The notes: generated by a model from the sequence alone, not told the origin. DNA of 64,000 nt from Dehalococcoidia bacterium (GCA_963665775.2 CAXXTF010000001.1:576001-640000), one strand, 5' to 3'; numbered from the stretch's first letter, positions 8,829 to 18,713 are shown. A program made the numbers and translations.

Positions 8829-9431
8829 ATGGACATAGACGAAGCCGAACTTATCGCCCGCAGCCGTCAGGGCGACCTCGACGCTTTCAACCGGCTTGTC
8901 GAGCGCTACCAGCGGCCGGTCTATAACCTCTGCCTCCGCATGCTCACCGCCCCTCAGGCCGCCGAGGACGCGACCCAGGACGCCTTCATCGCCGCCTACC
9001 GCGCCCTCGACTCCTTCCGTGGTGGCTCTTTCCGTGCCTGGCTCTTCCGTATCGCCACCAACGCCTGCTACGACGAGCTGCGCCGCCGCCGCTCTCGCCC
9101 TATCCTCTCCTTGGACGAGCCCCAGGGCGCGGAGCAGCTCCCTCTCGACCTCCCCCATCCGGGTCCGACCCTGGAGGAGCATGCCCAGCGCCTGGAGCTG
9201 GCCCGCTATCTGCAGGAGGCGCTGGACGCCCTGCCCGTCGACCAGCGGCTGGCCATCGTGCTCTGCGATATCCAGGGCTTCGACTATAGCGAGATCGCCG
9301 AGATCACAGGCGCATCTCTGGGCACCGTCAAGTCCCGCATCGCCCGCGCCCGCCTCCGCCTCCGCGGCCTCCTAACGGCTCACCGGGAACTTTTGCCCCC
9401 TTCCTTCCGTCCGACTAGTGAGGGATCTTGA
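8829..9431 (+). CDS. ECF RNA polymerase sigma factor
   Basis: AEDATQDAF, FRAWLFRIATN, YSEIAE..GTVKSRIARAR. Confidence 0.95.
   Translation: MDIDEAELIARSRQGDLDAFNRLVERYQRPVYNLCLRMLTAPQAAEDATQDAFIAAYRALDSFRGGSFRAWLFRIATNACYDELRRRRSRPILSLDEPQGAEQLPLDLPHPGPTLEEHAQRLELARYLQEALDALPVDQRLAIVLCDIQGFDYSEIAEITGASLGTVKSRIARARLRLRGLLTAHRELLPPSFRPTSEGS
9386..9411 (+). promoter_or_regulatory. ECF-type promoter inside sigma gene 3' end
   Basis: GGAAC-N17-CGTC just upstream of the anti-sigma gene. Confidence 0.6.
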
Positions 9432-10141
9432 TGTTCTGGTTCAACCGACACCGCCGACTCCGCGATCAGCTCTCCGCCTACACTGACGGCCAATTGACCG
9501 CCGCCGAGACCGAGGCCTTAGAGCGCCATCTCGCTGCCTGCGTCGACTGCCGGCAGGCGCTGGAAGATATCCGGGCCACGGTCCTGGCCCTGCGGGATCT
9601 GCCGTCGGTGGAGGTGCCCCGCTCCTTCGCCCTCAGGCCGGAGCAGGTCGCCAGACCGGCCCGTCCGCGCCCAGCGCTGGCGGTGCCGGTTCTAGCCACC
9701 GGCATGCGTCTGGCCGGCGCTGCCCTCGTCTTCGCCTTGGCCACCGTCCTCGTCGTCGACCTCGGCGACCTGCGCGGCGATAGTGGCGGCTCCGCGGCGT
9801 CGCAGGCGGCTCCCGCCGGGCTGGAGGCATCGCCTGAGGCCCGCATGGCGGCGCCCCCAGAGGAATCCGAGCGGATGGGGGTTACCGCTGCCGCCGACGA
9901 CCCGGCGACGGAGGCTCTCGCGGAGATGACGCCCGACGCCGCCCCCCTCCCAGCTCCTGGCCAGGAGGAAGGCGAAGCCGCGCCCGAGCTGCCGATGCCC
10001 GCCGCGAACGGGCCGGCGGCAGCGATAGGTTCTGACAGCGGCCTCGATCCCCTGCGTGTGGCGGAGGTCGCTATCGCTGCCGCCCTCGCTCTACTCGTAG
10101 TTGGCAGTCTCACCCTGGCCTACGCCAGGAGAAAGGTGTAA
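9428..10141 (+). CDS. Anti-sigma factor with zf-HC2 domain and TM helices
   Basis: LSAYTDG.L...HLAACVDC (HxxxCxxC); overlaps sigma stop codon. Confidence 0.9.
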   Translation: MMFWFNRHRRLRDQLSAYTDGQLTAAETEALERHLAACVDCRQALEDIRATVLALRDLPSVEVPRSFALRPEQVARPARPRPALAVPVLATGMRLAGAALVFALATVLVVDLGDLRGDSGGSAASQAAPAGLEASPEARMAAPPEESERMGVTAAADDPATEALAEMTPDAAPLPAPGQEEGEAAPELPMPAANGPAAAIGSDSGLDPLRVAEVAIAAALALLVVGSLTLAYARRKV

Positions 10142-10152
10142 GGTGCGAGGAT

Positions 10153-10941
10153 ATGAGAATCAAGGCTTTCGCTTTACTGACTGCGGCTTTCGCCACCATC
10201 GGACTGGTGGCCGCTGCCTGCGGCGGCGGTGATAGCGTACAGGCCGTCCCCGGCAACGGCGATGCCGGCGCGACAGGCGGGCTAGCGGCCCTCCAGAACG
10301 GGGCCGGCGGTCAGCTTCAGGGCATCGCCGTTGCCGGGGACGGCGTCATAACCGCTGAGCCCGATACCGCCTCCCTTTCCCTGGGTGTTACGGTCTTCGC
10401 CGACACCGTCGTTGCCGCCCGTGCCCAGGCCGCTGAGGCGATGAACGATCTCCTAGAATCCGTCAAGGGTAATGGTGTCCTCTCTGACGATATCAGGACC
10501 ACCCAGTTCACCATAAACCCGGAGTTTGACTACTCTCGTTCCGGCGAGCCGCGGATTACGGGCTACCGGGTGACGAACACGGTCTCCGTCAAGGTGCGGA
10601 ACCTGGACAGCGTGTCCGATGTCATCGACGATGCCGTCCTGGCCGTGGGCGACCCCATCCGCATCGGCGGCATCTCCTTCACCGTCGATGACCCCACCCC
10701 GTTCCTCTCCCAGGCCCGGGCGGTCGCCATAGGCAACGCTCAGACCAAGGCTCAGGAGCTGGCGGATCTGGCCGACGTGACCCTCGGCAAGCCGTTTGCG
10801 ATCAGCGAGTCTTCCGGCGGCGGCCCCTCGCCCGTCTTCTTCGAGGCTGCAAGGGTCGCGGGCGATAATGCCGTTACGCCCATCCAGCCCGGCCAACTGG
10901 AGCTAACGGTCAACGTTCAGGTTGTTTACGCAATCCAATAG
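10153..10941 (+). CDS. SIMPL (DUF541) domain lipoprotein
   Basis: Lipobox AAAC; GDGVITAEPDTA, GYRVTNTVSV, PIQPGQLELTVNVQVVY. Confidence 0.9.
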   Translation: MRIKAFALLTAAFATIGLVAAACGGGDSVQAVPGNGDAGATGGLAALQNGAGGQLQGIAVAGDGVITAEPDTASLSLGVTVFADTVVAARAQAAEAMNDLLESVKGNGVLSDDIRTTQFTINPEFDYSRSGEPRITGYRVTNTVSVKVRNLDSVSDVIDDAVLAVGDPIRIGGISFTVDDPTPFLSQARAVAIGNAQTKAQELADLADVTLGKPFAISESSGGGPSPVFFEAARVAGDNAVTPIQPGQLELTVNVQVVYAIQ

Positions 10942-10983
10942 CAGTATCTGGCGGGTTTGTAGTGCGTTACAGGAGCGGAAGGA

Positions 10984-11997
10984 GTGATCGTAATGAACCG
11001 TAGATTGTTCGGGCTCAGCGCCCTGGTAGTGGCGGGCGTAGCTGTCCTCGGCCTCGCCTGTGGCGGCGACGGCGACGACGGCGACGACGAGGTCGCCATC
11101 CGTACCGAGAAGGGGCTCTCTGTGGCTGCCCTGACCCCTGGGGGCGGCTTCGGTGGCGATACGGTTGCTGGTGCGCAGGGCGGTGCCCCCGGGCTGGAGA
11201 TCGCTGTGCCCGCCCCCGCTGCCGGTTCTGAGGGGGCAGCCATCGCCGTCCCTGGCTTTGGTATCGACCCTGCACCCTTTCAGCAGCAGGGACAGACCGG
11301 CATCACCGTCCAAGGCTTCGGCTCCGCCACCGTTGACGCCGATACGGCCGTCCTGGAACTGAATTTCGGTATCGACTACGACTATCCGGTCAGGCCCGTC
11401 CCAGCGCCTCTGCCTCTGGATGACGCCACTTCGACCAGCGACGGGGACTCAGCGCCCGTTATCGATGAGCCGGTGCTGCCGGATGAGGTCCAGCCGATTA
11501 CCGAGGCGGAGCTGGCACCCGTTATCGACGCCATCGTCGCTCAGGGCGTCGCGCGGAGCGATATCGAGTTCGTCGGCAGCCCCTTCTACGACCGCTACTT
11601 CAGCAGCGCCACCCTGCGCGTGACCGTCCGCGACCTGGATGCTCTGGACGGCATCGTCGACGCTGCCACCGCTGCCGCCGCCAACCTGGCCGAGATCGGG
11701 TTCCAGGGTAGCTACGTCTCCTACACCGTCAATGACTGCGCCGCACTGGAGAAGGCGGCGCTGCAGGCGGCCGTCGTGGATGGCGGCGAGCGCGGGGCCA
11801 TCTTCGCCGATGCCCTGGGCGTGGACCTCGGCGCCGTCATCAGTGCCAGCCACTACATCTACTCCTTCTACGGCGCTAACCCCTGCGACCCTGTTTTCGA
11901 TGGTCCCTACCCCTTGGGTGGCATCTCCTATTTCCAGGGCCAGCCCAAGCAGGTGCAGCTGATCAGCAACGTCAGCATCACCTACGCCATCCAGTAG
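10984..11997 (+). CDS. SIMPL (DUF541) domain lipoprotein, divergent paralog
   Basis: Lipobox GLAC; GITVQGFGSATVDADTA; ends VSITYAIQ like the upstream paralog. Confidence 0.75.
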   Translation: MIVMNRRLFGLSALVVAGVAVLGLACGGDGDDGDDEVAIRTEKGLSVAALTPGGGFGGDTVAGAQGGAPGLEIAVPAPAAGSEGAAIAVPGFGIDPAPFQQQGQTGITVQGFGSATVDADTAVLELNFGIDYDYPVRPVPAPLPLDDATSTSDGDSAPVIDEPVLPDEVQPITEAELAPVIDAIVAQGVARSDIEFVGSPFYDRYFSSATLRVTVRDLDALDGIVDAATAAAANLAEIGFQGSYVSYTVNDCAALEKAALQAAVVDGGERGAIFADALGVDLGAVISASHYIYSFYGANPCDPVFDGPYPLGGISYFQGQPKQVQLISNVSITYAIQ

Positions 11998-12005
11998 CCA
12001 CTTCG

Positions 12006-12040
12006 TGTGGGGGCCGGAACGAATGTCCCGGCCCCCACAC
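12006..12040 (+). terminator. Stem-loop after SIMPL operon
   Basis: GTGTGGGGGCCGG...CCGGCCCCCACAC. Confidence 0.65.
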
Positions 12041-12271
12041 GGCAACTCCGGCGTTGACTAATCGGGTCTCCCTCTGCCACAATTTCCCCGCTATGACCGT
12101 CCTCAGCTTCCTCCGCATGTCCACCCCCGTAGACCGGCCCCACTCCTTCCCGTGTCTATCAGGATTTCCCGCCTGACTCCTCCTGAGCGGCGCCACGGCG
12201 CTCTTTCGACAGGCTCAGCCCGGGCGGGCGTCTAGGTTCCAGGCTCCCGCGTCTGCGATAATGTTCACGCT

Positions 12272-13381
12272 ATGACCAGCGACCCGATGCAGCGCGCCCT
12301 GGAGCTGGCCCGCGGCGCCCTGGGCACCACCTCCCCCAACCCCACCGTCGGCGCCGTCCTCACCGGCCCCGATGATGCCATCGTGGGCGAGGGGTCCACC
12401 CAGCCGCCGCCCGGCCCCCATGCGGAGATCGTCGCTCTCCGCCAGGCCGGCCCGCGGGCCCGCGGCGCCACCCTTTACGTCACCCTGGAGCCCTGCCCTC
12501 ATCAAGGCCGCACGCCTCCCTGCGCCGATGCCATCATCGCCGCCGGCGTCGCCGAGGTCCGCTACTCGCTGGCCGACCCCGACCCCAGGGTCGACGGCGG
12601 CGGCCACCGCGCCCTGGAGGCCGCCGGCATCCGCGTCGTGCCCGGCGCGGGTGAGGCCGAGGCGCGCCGCATCAACGAGGCGTTCATCAAGCACCGCACC
12701 CGTGGCCTCCCGTTCGTCGTCGCCAAGTTTGCCGCTTCTCTGGACGGCCGCATCGCCGCCGCCTCCGGCGATTCCCGCTGGGTCTCCGGGCCGCAGACGC
12801 GGGAGTGGGCGCATCGTCTCCGAACCGAACTGGACGCCATCCTCGTCGGCTCTTCCACGGTCATCGTTGACGACCCCCAGCTGACCGCCCGCCCGGGCGA
12901 CCGCGAGGCCGAGCGTCAGCCTCTGCGCGTCGTCGTCGATACGCGCGGCCGCGTGCCGCCCATGGCCCGCGTCCTGATCGGTCCCGGCCGCACCATCGTC
13001 GCCACGGCGGACAGCTCCACCGCACCTTGGCGCGCCGCCATCAAGGCCACGGGCGCCGAATTACTCATCCTCCCCAGGCGCGGCGACCGCGTAGACCTCC
13101 TGGCCCTGCTCCAGGAGCTGGCCCGCCGCGATATCGTCTCCGTACTGGTCGAGGGCGGCGGCGTTATCCTCGGCTCCTTCTTCGACCGGGGCCTCGTCGA
13201 CAAGCTCCACGCCGTCATCGCCCCAATGATCATCGGCGCCGCTGACGCCCCGGCCGCCGTCGCCGGCCAGGGCGCCTTCCGCCTGGCCGACGCCCTCCGC
13301 CTCCGCGATGTGACCCTGGAGCGGCTGGGAGACGACATCCTGGTGACCGCTTACCCCGTCTCTCCGGAGGTGCCGTCTTGA
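12272..13381 (+). CDS. ribD: Riboflavin biosynthesis deaminase/reductase
   Basis: TSPNPTVGAV, HAE, TLEPCPHQGRTPPC, SLDGRIA, VEGG. Confidence 0.96.
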   Translation: MTSDPMQRALELARGALGTTSPNPTVGAVLTGPDDAIVGEGSTQPPPGPHAEIVALRQAGPRARGATLYVTLEPCPHQGRTPPCADAIIAAGVAEVRYSLADPDPRVDGGGHRALEAAGIRVVPGAGEAEARRINEAFIKHRTRGLPFVVAKFAASLDGRIAAASGDSRWVSGPQTREWAHRLRTELDAILVGSSTVIVDDPQLTARPGDREAERQPLRVVVDTRGRVPPMARVLIGPGRTIVATADSSTAPWRAAIKATGAELLILPRRGDRVDLLALLQELARRDIVSVLVEGGGVILGSFFDRGLVDKLHAVIAPMIIGAADAPAAVAGQGAFRLADALRLRDVTLERLGDDILVTAYPVSPEVPS

Positions 13382-13521
13382 GCCGTCGCCGCAGCCGGGC
13401 CATGCGTCGCCGGGGCCGAAGGGTCGGCCGGCCGGCGGCTCGCGTCTCCGTCTGGATATTAATGCTGCTGGCCCTGGTCGTACTCGCTGTCGGCCTTGCC
13501 CGCGCTCTCCCTGCGCCCTAG
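13378..13521 (+). CDS. 47-aa small membrane protein (not in ORF track)
   Basis: GGAGG RBS, TTGA overlap with ribD stop; MSRRRSRAMRRRGRRVGRPAARVSVWILMLLALVVLAVGLARALPAP. Confidence 0.55.
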   Translation: MSRRRSRAMRRRGRRVGRPAARVSVWILMLLALVVLAVGLARALPAP

Positions 13522-13583
13522 CCTTGACCGGCCCTCGTCCACCCTATACCTTGGTTCCGCCGTACCCCACAACATAGGGGAGA

Positions 13584-14099
13584 ATGACGATGACAGAGAG
13601 CAAGCTCGTGGGACTCCTGTTCGACTCCTGGGACGACCTGGACCGGGTCATCGCCGGCCTTGACCCAGAGGAAGCGGTCGCAAGCGCCGACGGCGGCAGC
13701 TCGTTCGCCTGGACCGTCGCTCAGCTGGCGAGCCAGGTCGATGGCTCGATCAACGTCCGGTTCCAGAAGCGAGACCCCCATCAGCTTATCGGGCAAGGTC
13801 GCTTTCGGGCGGGCGGTAGCGGCGCCGCTCAGGAGTGGCAGGCTATTCAGGCGGCTGTCCGCGAGGTCAGGAAATCCGCCCAGGCTTATCTGGAGGGGAT
13901 GGACGACGGCGACCTCAACCTCGTAATCCCCTACGAGGGCTCTTTCGCGCTCCTCCGGGAAACGGGCATCAGCCTCCGCCATGCCCTCATGCGCAGCTGT
14001 GCCCATCACTACTTCCACATCGGCGAGATCGCCGCCAAGCGCAATCTCCTGGGGCACGAAGTAGGGGATTACCCCGGCCTGTTGGCTCAGTCCATCTAG
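13584..14099 (+). CDS. DinB/YfiT-like protein
   Basis: W.DLDRVIAGL...SFAWT...HHYFHIGEI, a four-helix metalloprotein pattern. Confidence 0.75.
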   Translation: MTMTESKLVGLLFDSWDDLDRVIAGLDPEEAVASADGGSSFAWTVAQLASQVDGSINVRFQKRDPHQLIGQGRFRAGGSGAAQEWQAIQAAVREVRKSAQAYLEGMDDGDLNLVIPYEGSFALLRETGISLRHALMRSCAHHYFHIGEIAAKRNLLGHEVGDYPGLLAQSI

Positions 14100-14154
14100 C
14101 CGGATACATCTCTCGTTTGCTCGTTATCGCGGCTGCCTATACGCTTATCGCGCC

Positions 14155-14742
14155 ATGTTCACCGGCATCATTGAGGAGATAGGCACGATCCGAGAGGCCG
14201 ACCGCGGCCACCTGATCATCGCCTGCCAGAAGTCCCTCCGCGACACCAAGCTGGGCGACTCCATCGCCATCAACGGCGTAGACCTAACCGTCATGCACAT
14301 TGATGACGAATCCCTACACTTTCAGTGCATGCCGGAGACGTATCGCCGCTCCAGTCTGGGCCAGCTCCGCGCGGGCGATCCCGTCAACCTGGAGCGCTCC
14401 CTTACCCTGGCCAGCGGCATCTCCGGCCACCTCGTTCGCGGTGTCGTAGAGGCCACCGGCGAACTCCTCTCCCTCATCCCTGAAGAGGACGCCCTCCTCG
14501 CCCGTTATAGCGCCCCCCCGGATATCCTCCGCCATACCGTGGTCAAGGGCCCCGTCACCGTCGATGGCGTCTCCCTCACCGTCATCACCAAGGACGACCG
14601 CTCGTTCACCGTCTCGCTCGTCCAGTACACCCAGGAGCACACGAACCTCACCCGCCGCGAACCCGGCCATGCCGTAAACTTGGAGAGCGACATCATCGCT
14701 CGCTACGTCGACCAGCTACTCGCTGAGCGGGAGACCCGCTGA
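14155..14742 (+). CDS. ribE: Riboflavin synthase (alpha chain)
   Basis: MFTGIIEE, GDSIAINGVDLTV, VNLER, VDGVSLTV. Confidence 0.95.
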   Translation: MFTGIIEEIGTIREADRGHLIIACQKSLRDTKLGDSIAINGVDLTVMHIDDESLHFQCMPETYRRSSLGQLRAGDPVNLERSLTLASGISGHLVRGVVEATGELLSLIPEEDALLARYSAPPDILRHTVVKGPVTVDGVSLTVITKDDRSFTVSLVQYTQEHTNLTRREPGHAVNLESDIIARYVDQLLAERETR

Positions 14743-14834
14743 GCGCCCAGTCCCGCCTTCAGGCAGCGGGCAGCGCCTTCGCTGCCTTTGCGGTATAATA
14801 GCGTCGCTGTCCCCCTTGCGGCGGCGGTACAGGC

Positions 14835-16145
14835 TTGAAGGGAGGCGCCCCCCTCTTGGAGGCACAGTCCAGCGTGGAATCTAACGTGGAATCTATAGAA
14901 AAACACCGGCGGTCGAAGCGATCCCGCCAACGCCAGCCAGGCCCTGCCATCATTGAAGAGGCCCGCGAGGAGTACCGTCGCGGCGGCTTCGTCATCATCG
15001 TCGACCAGGAGAGCCGCGAGAACGAGGGCGACCTCACGATGCCCGCCGAATTCGTTTCGGAGGAAGCTATCAGCTTCATGCTCCGTCACACCAGCGGCAT
15101 CGTCTGCGTCTCCGTCGATGGGGAGCGCCTGGACAACCTGCGCATCCCCCTCATGGTCGGCAACAACCAGGCCCCCTATGGCACCGCCTTCACCGCCTCC
15201 GTAGACGCCCGCATCGGCGTCAGCACCGGCGTCTCCGCTCACGATCGTGCCCGAACCATCCGTATCCTGGCCGATCCAGCCTCCTTCCCCGGTGATCTCG
15301 TTATGCCGGGCCACATCTACCCGCTGCGCGCTCGCGAGGGCGGCGTGCTCGTTCGAGCCGGCCACACGGAGGCCAGCCTGGACCTCTGCCGCCTCGCCGC
15401 CCTCCAGCCGGCAGCCGTTCTCTGCGAGCTCATGAATCCGGACGGCTCCATGATGCGGCTCCCTCAGATCAAGCGCTTCGCCAACCGCCACCACATCAAG
15501 GTCATCACCATCAACCAGCTCATCCGCTACCGCGTCGAGCGTGAGCACCTCGTCCAGCGTGTCGCTACCGCCGACCTTCCCACCAAGTGGGGTGACTTTA
15601 CCCTCTACGCCTACCGGTCCGATATCGATCCAGACGAGCACGCCGCCCTTGTCTTCGGCGATGTCTCGACCTCAGACCCTGTCCTCGTACGGGTGCACTC
15701 CCAGTGCATCTCCGGCGACGTCTTCGGCTCCTTACGCTGCGACTGTGGCGAGCAGGCCCAGCTTGCGCTCCAGCGCATAGCAGAAGAGGGCCGGGGGGTC
15801 TTCGTCTACATGCGCCAAGAGGGCCGGGGCATCGGTTTCCACAATAAGGTCCGCGCCTACCAGATACAGGAGACCGAGGGGCTGGACACGGTCGAGGCGA
15901 ATGAGGCGCTGGGCTTCCCCGCCGACCGCCGTGACTACGGTATCGGCATGCAGATCCTCATGGACCTGGGTCTCCGGAAGATCCGCCTGCTCACCAACAA
16001 CCCCGCCAAGCGTGCCGGCCTCGAGGGCTACGGCCTGGCGGTGGTGGAGCGCGTTCCCCTCATGACCGTTCCTAACCGTCACAACAAGCGCTATCTAGAG
16101 ACCAAGCGCGACAAGCTCGGTCACATCATGGACATACCCAGCTGA
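14835..16145 (+). CDS. ribBA: DHBP synthase / GTP cyclohydrolase II (start uncertain)
   Basis: RENEGDL, RAGHTEA, VRVHSQC..GDVFGSLRCDCG, QEGRGIG, LLTNNP. Confidence 0.96.
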   Translation: MKGGAPLLEAQSSVESNVESIEKHRRSKRSRQRQPGPAIIEEAREEYRRGGFVIIVDQESRENEGDLTMPAEFVSEEAISFMLRHTSGIVCVSVDGERLDNLRIPLMVGNNQAPYGTAFTASVDARIGVSTGVSAHDRARTIRILADPASFPGDLVMPGHIYPLRAREGGVLVRAGHTEASLDLCRLAALQPAAVLCELMNPDGSMMRLPQIKRFANRHHIKVITINQLIRYRVEREHLVQRVATADLPTKWGDFTLYAYRSDIDPDEHAALVFGDVSTSDPVLVRVHSQCISGDVFGSLRCDCGEQAQLALQRIAEEGRGVFVYMRQEGRGIGFHNKVRAYQIQETEGLDTVEANEALGFPADRRDYGIGMQILMDLGLRKIRLLTNNPAKRAGLEGYGLAVVERVPLMTVPNRHNKRYLETKRDKLGHIMDIPS

Positions 16146-16153
16146 GGCGGGCC

Positions 16154-16509
16154 GTGACCACCCCGAACCTCCAGGCTGGAGAGTCCGCCGACATCCGCGG
16201 CCAGAAGACCCGCCTCCGCCCCATGCGTCCCGATGGAGCCCCCCTTTTCTACGGCTGGGCCACCGATCCCGAAGTTCAGCCCTTCTGGGGCGGCCATGAC
16301 CGTTGTCAGTCGTTGGGCCGTACCCTACGTGACCGGGGGCTCACTACTGCGACGCCGCCTACCGCGGCCGCGGCTACGGCACCGACGCCGTCCGCGCCTT
16401 CCTCTGCTTCCTCCGCGAGGGCGTCACACGCCAGTCCGACTGGGTTGACGGGCGCTGGGTAGACGCGGTCCTCTACGGCATCCTGGAGCACGATTTCCGC
16501 CGCCCGTAG
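16154..16509 (+). pseudogene. Decayed RimJ/RimL-type GNAT acetyltransferase
   Basis: N-part IRGQKTRLRPM...W..DPEV in one frame; YRGRGYGTDAV...FLREG...DGRWVDAVLYGIL* in another frame; internal segments missing. Confidence 0.75.
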
Positions 16510-16615
16510 ATGGCGGGCCGGTCTTTGGCCTGCCGCCTTGCGCCTGAAGGCTTATAATGGGAAGAGCGTCGGCTCCTGGGCCGGCTCGACTATCCCAGTT
16601 CATCTGTGTGAATCT

Positions 16616-17089
16616 GTGGCCAGCAAGACCCCTTACGAAGGCCAACTCGACGGCTCCCGCCTCGTTCTAGCTGTCGTCGTCTCCCGCTTCAACGAGCACG
16701 TCACCGCCAAGCTCCTCGCGGGGGCGGAGGCCGCGTCCGAGCGCTACCGCGTCTCCCAGCATGACGTGTTCTGGGTCCCCGGCTCCTTCGAGATCCCCCT
16801 CATCGTCCAGCAACTGGCCCGCTCCAGCCGCTACGACGCCGTCGTATGTCTGGGCGCCGTCATCCGACACGAGACCGATCACTACGAGCACGTAGCCCGG
16901 GAGGCTGCGAGTGGTATCCAGCGCGTCGCTCTGGACACGGGTGTCCCCTGTATCTTCGGTGTCCTCACCACGGATAGCGAAGAGCAGGCCCTGGCGCGCG
17001 CCGGCGGCCGCCACGGCAACAAAGGCGACGAGGCCGTCCAGTCCGCTATCCGGACGGCCAATCTCCTACGGGCCCTGCGGCAGGACTAA
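16616..17089 (+). CDS. ribH: 6,7-dimethyl-8-ribityllumazine synthase
   Basis: VVSRFNE, VPGSFEIP, CLGAVIRHET.HYE, FGVLTT, NKG. Confidence 0.96.
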   Translation: MASKTPYEGQLDGSRLVLAVVVSRFNEHVTAKLLAGAEAASERYRVSQHDVFWVPGSFEIPLIVQQLARSSRYDAVVCLGAVIRHETDHYEHVAREAASGIQRVALDTGVPCIFGVLTTDSEEQALARAGGRHGNKGDEAVQSAIRTANLLRALRQD

Positions 17090-17105
17090 AGGGTGCGACC
17101 TTCCC

Positions 17106-17903
17106 CTAGGGCTTGACCTCTTTCCAGTACTCCCGTTTCGTCGCGATGGGCCGGAAGCCCATTCTCGCGTACATCTGCTTCGGCGTGTTCGCCGCGGCGG
17201 CCAGGAGGATAACCGGACCAGCTTGGCGCTTACGGCAGTCCGAGACGCAATGGTGGACGAGCGTAGTGGCCAGGCCCTGATGTCTGAAGTCCGGATGGGT
17301 GAAGAGGTCCTCCACCTGCCCCATACCGGCGGGACCCTCCCACGACGAGCAGTGGGCCCGAGCCTCCCCGTCCACGTAGGCCAGCCAGTATCGTGCCGGT
17401 GGTACCCGCAGGCGCATTGACCGCGCCATCACCCTGCCGACCTCCTCATCATTGGGCATGTCTGCCCCCTCCCTGTATTCCCGCCAGCCGATCTCGTGTA
17501 GCGCTTCGTACTGCTCCCATCCGGCCTCGTCCCTGATCGGCCGGATGTCGACAGACTTCGCCTGGCCCGCCAGCTCCCCCTCCAGCAGCATGACCAGCTC
17601 CTCGTTACGTTGGTAGCCGTCCAGCGCCAGCCGCGCCTCGAATGCTGGCGGTGTCGTGAAGTCGAGGTCGAAGCGCCGGTGAGGGAAGCCGGCGAACTCG
17701 CGCTCCACGCGCGCCAGCAGTGCCTCGATCTCGGACGAGGTAGCGGCGGTAACGTGCGTCACGTGGTTCGCGTCGCGGATCGCCTGGAACGCCCGAAAAT
17801 CCCGGTTGCGAATGAAGGTGGCGCCGTCCGCCTCGAACCGCTCGTTCCCAAGCGCCTGGAACGCCTGGTTCACTTCAAGCGCCTTTAGGGCCAGGTCTGT
17901 CAT
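17106..17903 (-). CDS. GNAT family N-acetyltransferase
   Basis: VEDLFTHPDFRHQGLA...MYARMGF. Confidence 0.88.
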   Translation of the reverse strand: MTDLALKALEVNQAFQALGNERFEADGATFIRNRDFRAFQAIRDANHVTHVTAATSSEIEALLARVEREFAGFPHRRFDLDFTTPPAFEARLALDGYQRNEELVMLLEGELAGQAKSVDIRPIRDEAGWEQYEALHEIGWREYREGADMPNDEEVGRVMARSMRLRVPPARYWLAYVDGEARAHCSSWEGPAGMGQVEDLFTHPDFRHQGLATTLVHHCVSDCRKRQAGPVILLAAAANTPKQMYARMGFRPIATKREYWKEVKP

Positions 17904-17969
17904 GCTCGGAGTCTCCCGTACCGGCTGGTCGCGATGGGCCGGTCTAACCTATCTGCTACAATGGCTGAA

Positions 17970-18443
17970 ATGTACGGACGTCACCCGAACGTCGTCATCG
18001 TCCGCTACTGGTCTCAGACCGAGCCCCCCTGGGATCGCCGGAACGTCCCCTGGATCGTCCGCCTGACTGTTCGTTGGGGCATGACCATCGTCGGCTTCCT
18101 CGCCGCCGAGGCGCTCATTAGTGGCATCGACATCGCTGGCTGGCAGGCCCTCCTGCCCGCCGCCGCCATCTTCGTCGTCGCCAGCGCCCTCCTGAGGCCG
18201 CTCCTCCTGCTCCTCACCTGCCCCCTTCAGATCGTGACCTTCGGGCTGTTCATCTTCGTCATTAACGCCGCCATCCTCGCCCTCACCGCCTGGCTCTCCG
18301 GCCGGTGGGGGATCGGCTTCGATGTCGACGGGTTTGCCGCCGCCTTCCTGGGAGCCCTGGTCATCTCCGCCGCCTCCTTCCTCCTGACCAGACTCCTCGC
18401 CCGCCGCCTCCGTCGCGGCCCGGGCGCATCGCTCCCCGCATAG
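17970..18443 (+). CDS. YvlD/DUF360 4-TM membrane protein ('phage holin family' superfamily IV)
   Basis: LRPLLLLLTCPL..VTFGLFIFVINA...GF.VDGF.AA.LGAL. Confidence 0.85.
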   Translation: MYGRHPNVVIVRYWSQTEPPWDRRNVPWIVRLTVRWGMTIVGFLAAEALISGIDIAGWQALLPAAAIFVVASALLRPLLLLLTCPLQIVTFGLFIFVINAAILALTAWLSGRWGIGFDVDGFAAAFLGALVISAASFLLTRLLARRLRRGPGASLPA

Positions 18444-18452
18444 GGCTCGGCT

Positions 18453-18713
18453 CTAGTCGCCGCTCACCTTGAACACCCGGTCGCCGCCGCGGCATCGCTC
18501 CGCCACCTTGATTCCGATTTTGTCCCCCGCCTTCGCCTTCTGCACCGACTCGTGCTCGATTTGGATGCTCCCCACAACCTGCTCAAGCTCCGTCGTGTGC
18601 CCTCTCACCCGGATTCGGTCTCCCACCTTCAGCGCCTTCTTCAGATCGATCCCCGCCACCTCGATCTGGGCGAAGTAGTCCACTACCTTCCCGATCTCGG
18701 TCTCTTTGGCCAT
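18453..18713 (-). CDS. Small translation-factor-like beta-barrel protein
   Basis: IGKVVDYFAQIEVAGI.L...LKVGD.I...GHTT...Q.V.SIQIEH...GD.VFKV. Confidence 0.8.
   Translation of the reverse strand: MAKETEIGKVVDYFAQIEVAGIDLKKALKVGDRIRVRGHTTELEQVVGSIQIEHESVQKAKAGDKIGIKVAERCRGGDRVFKVSGD

Noticed and set aside
17970-18443. 'Phage holin' as evidence of a prophage
   Set aside because: YvlD/DUF360 is a common chromosomal family and no phage genes are nearby
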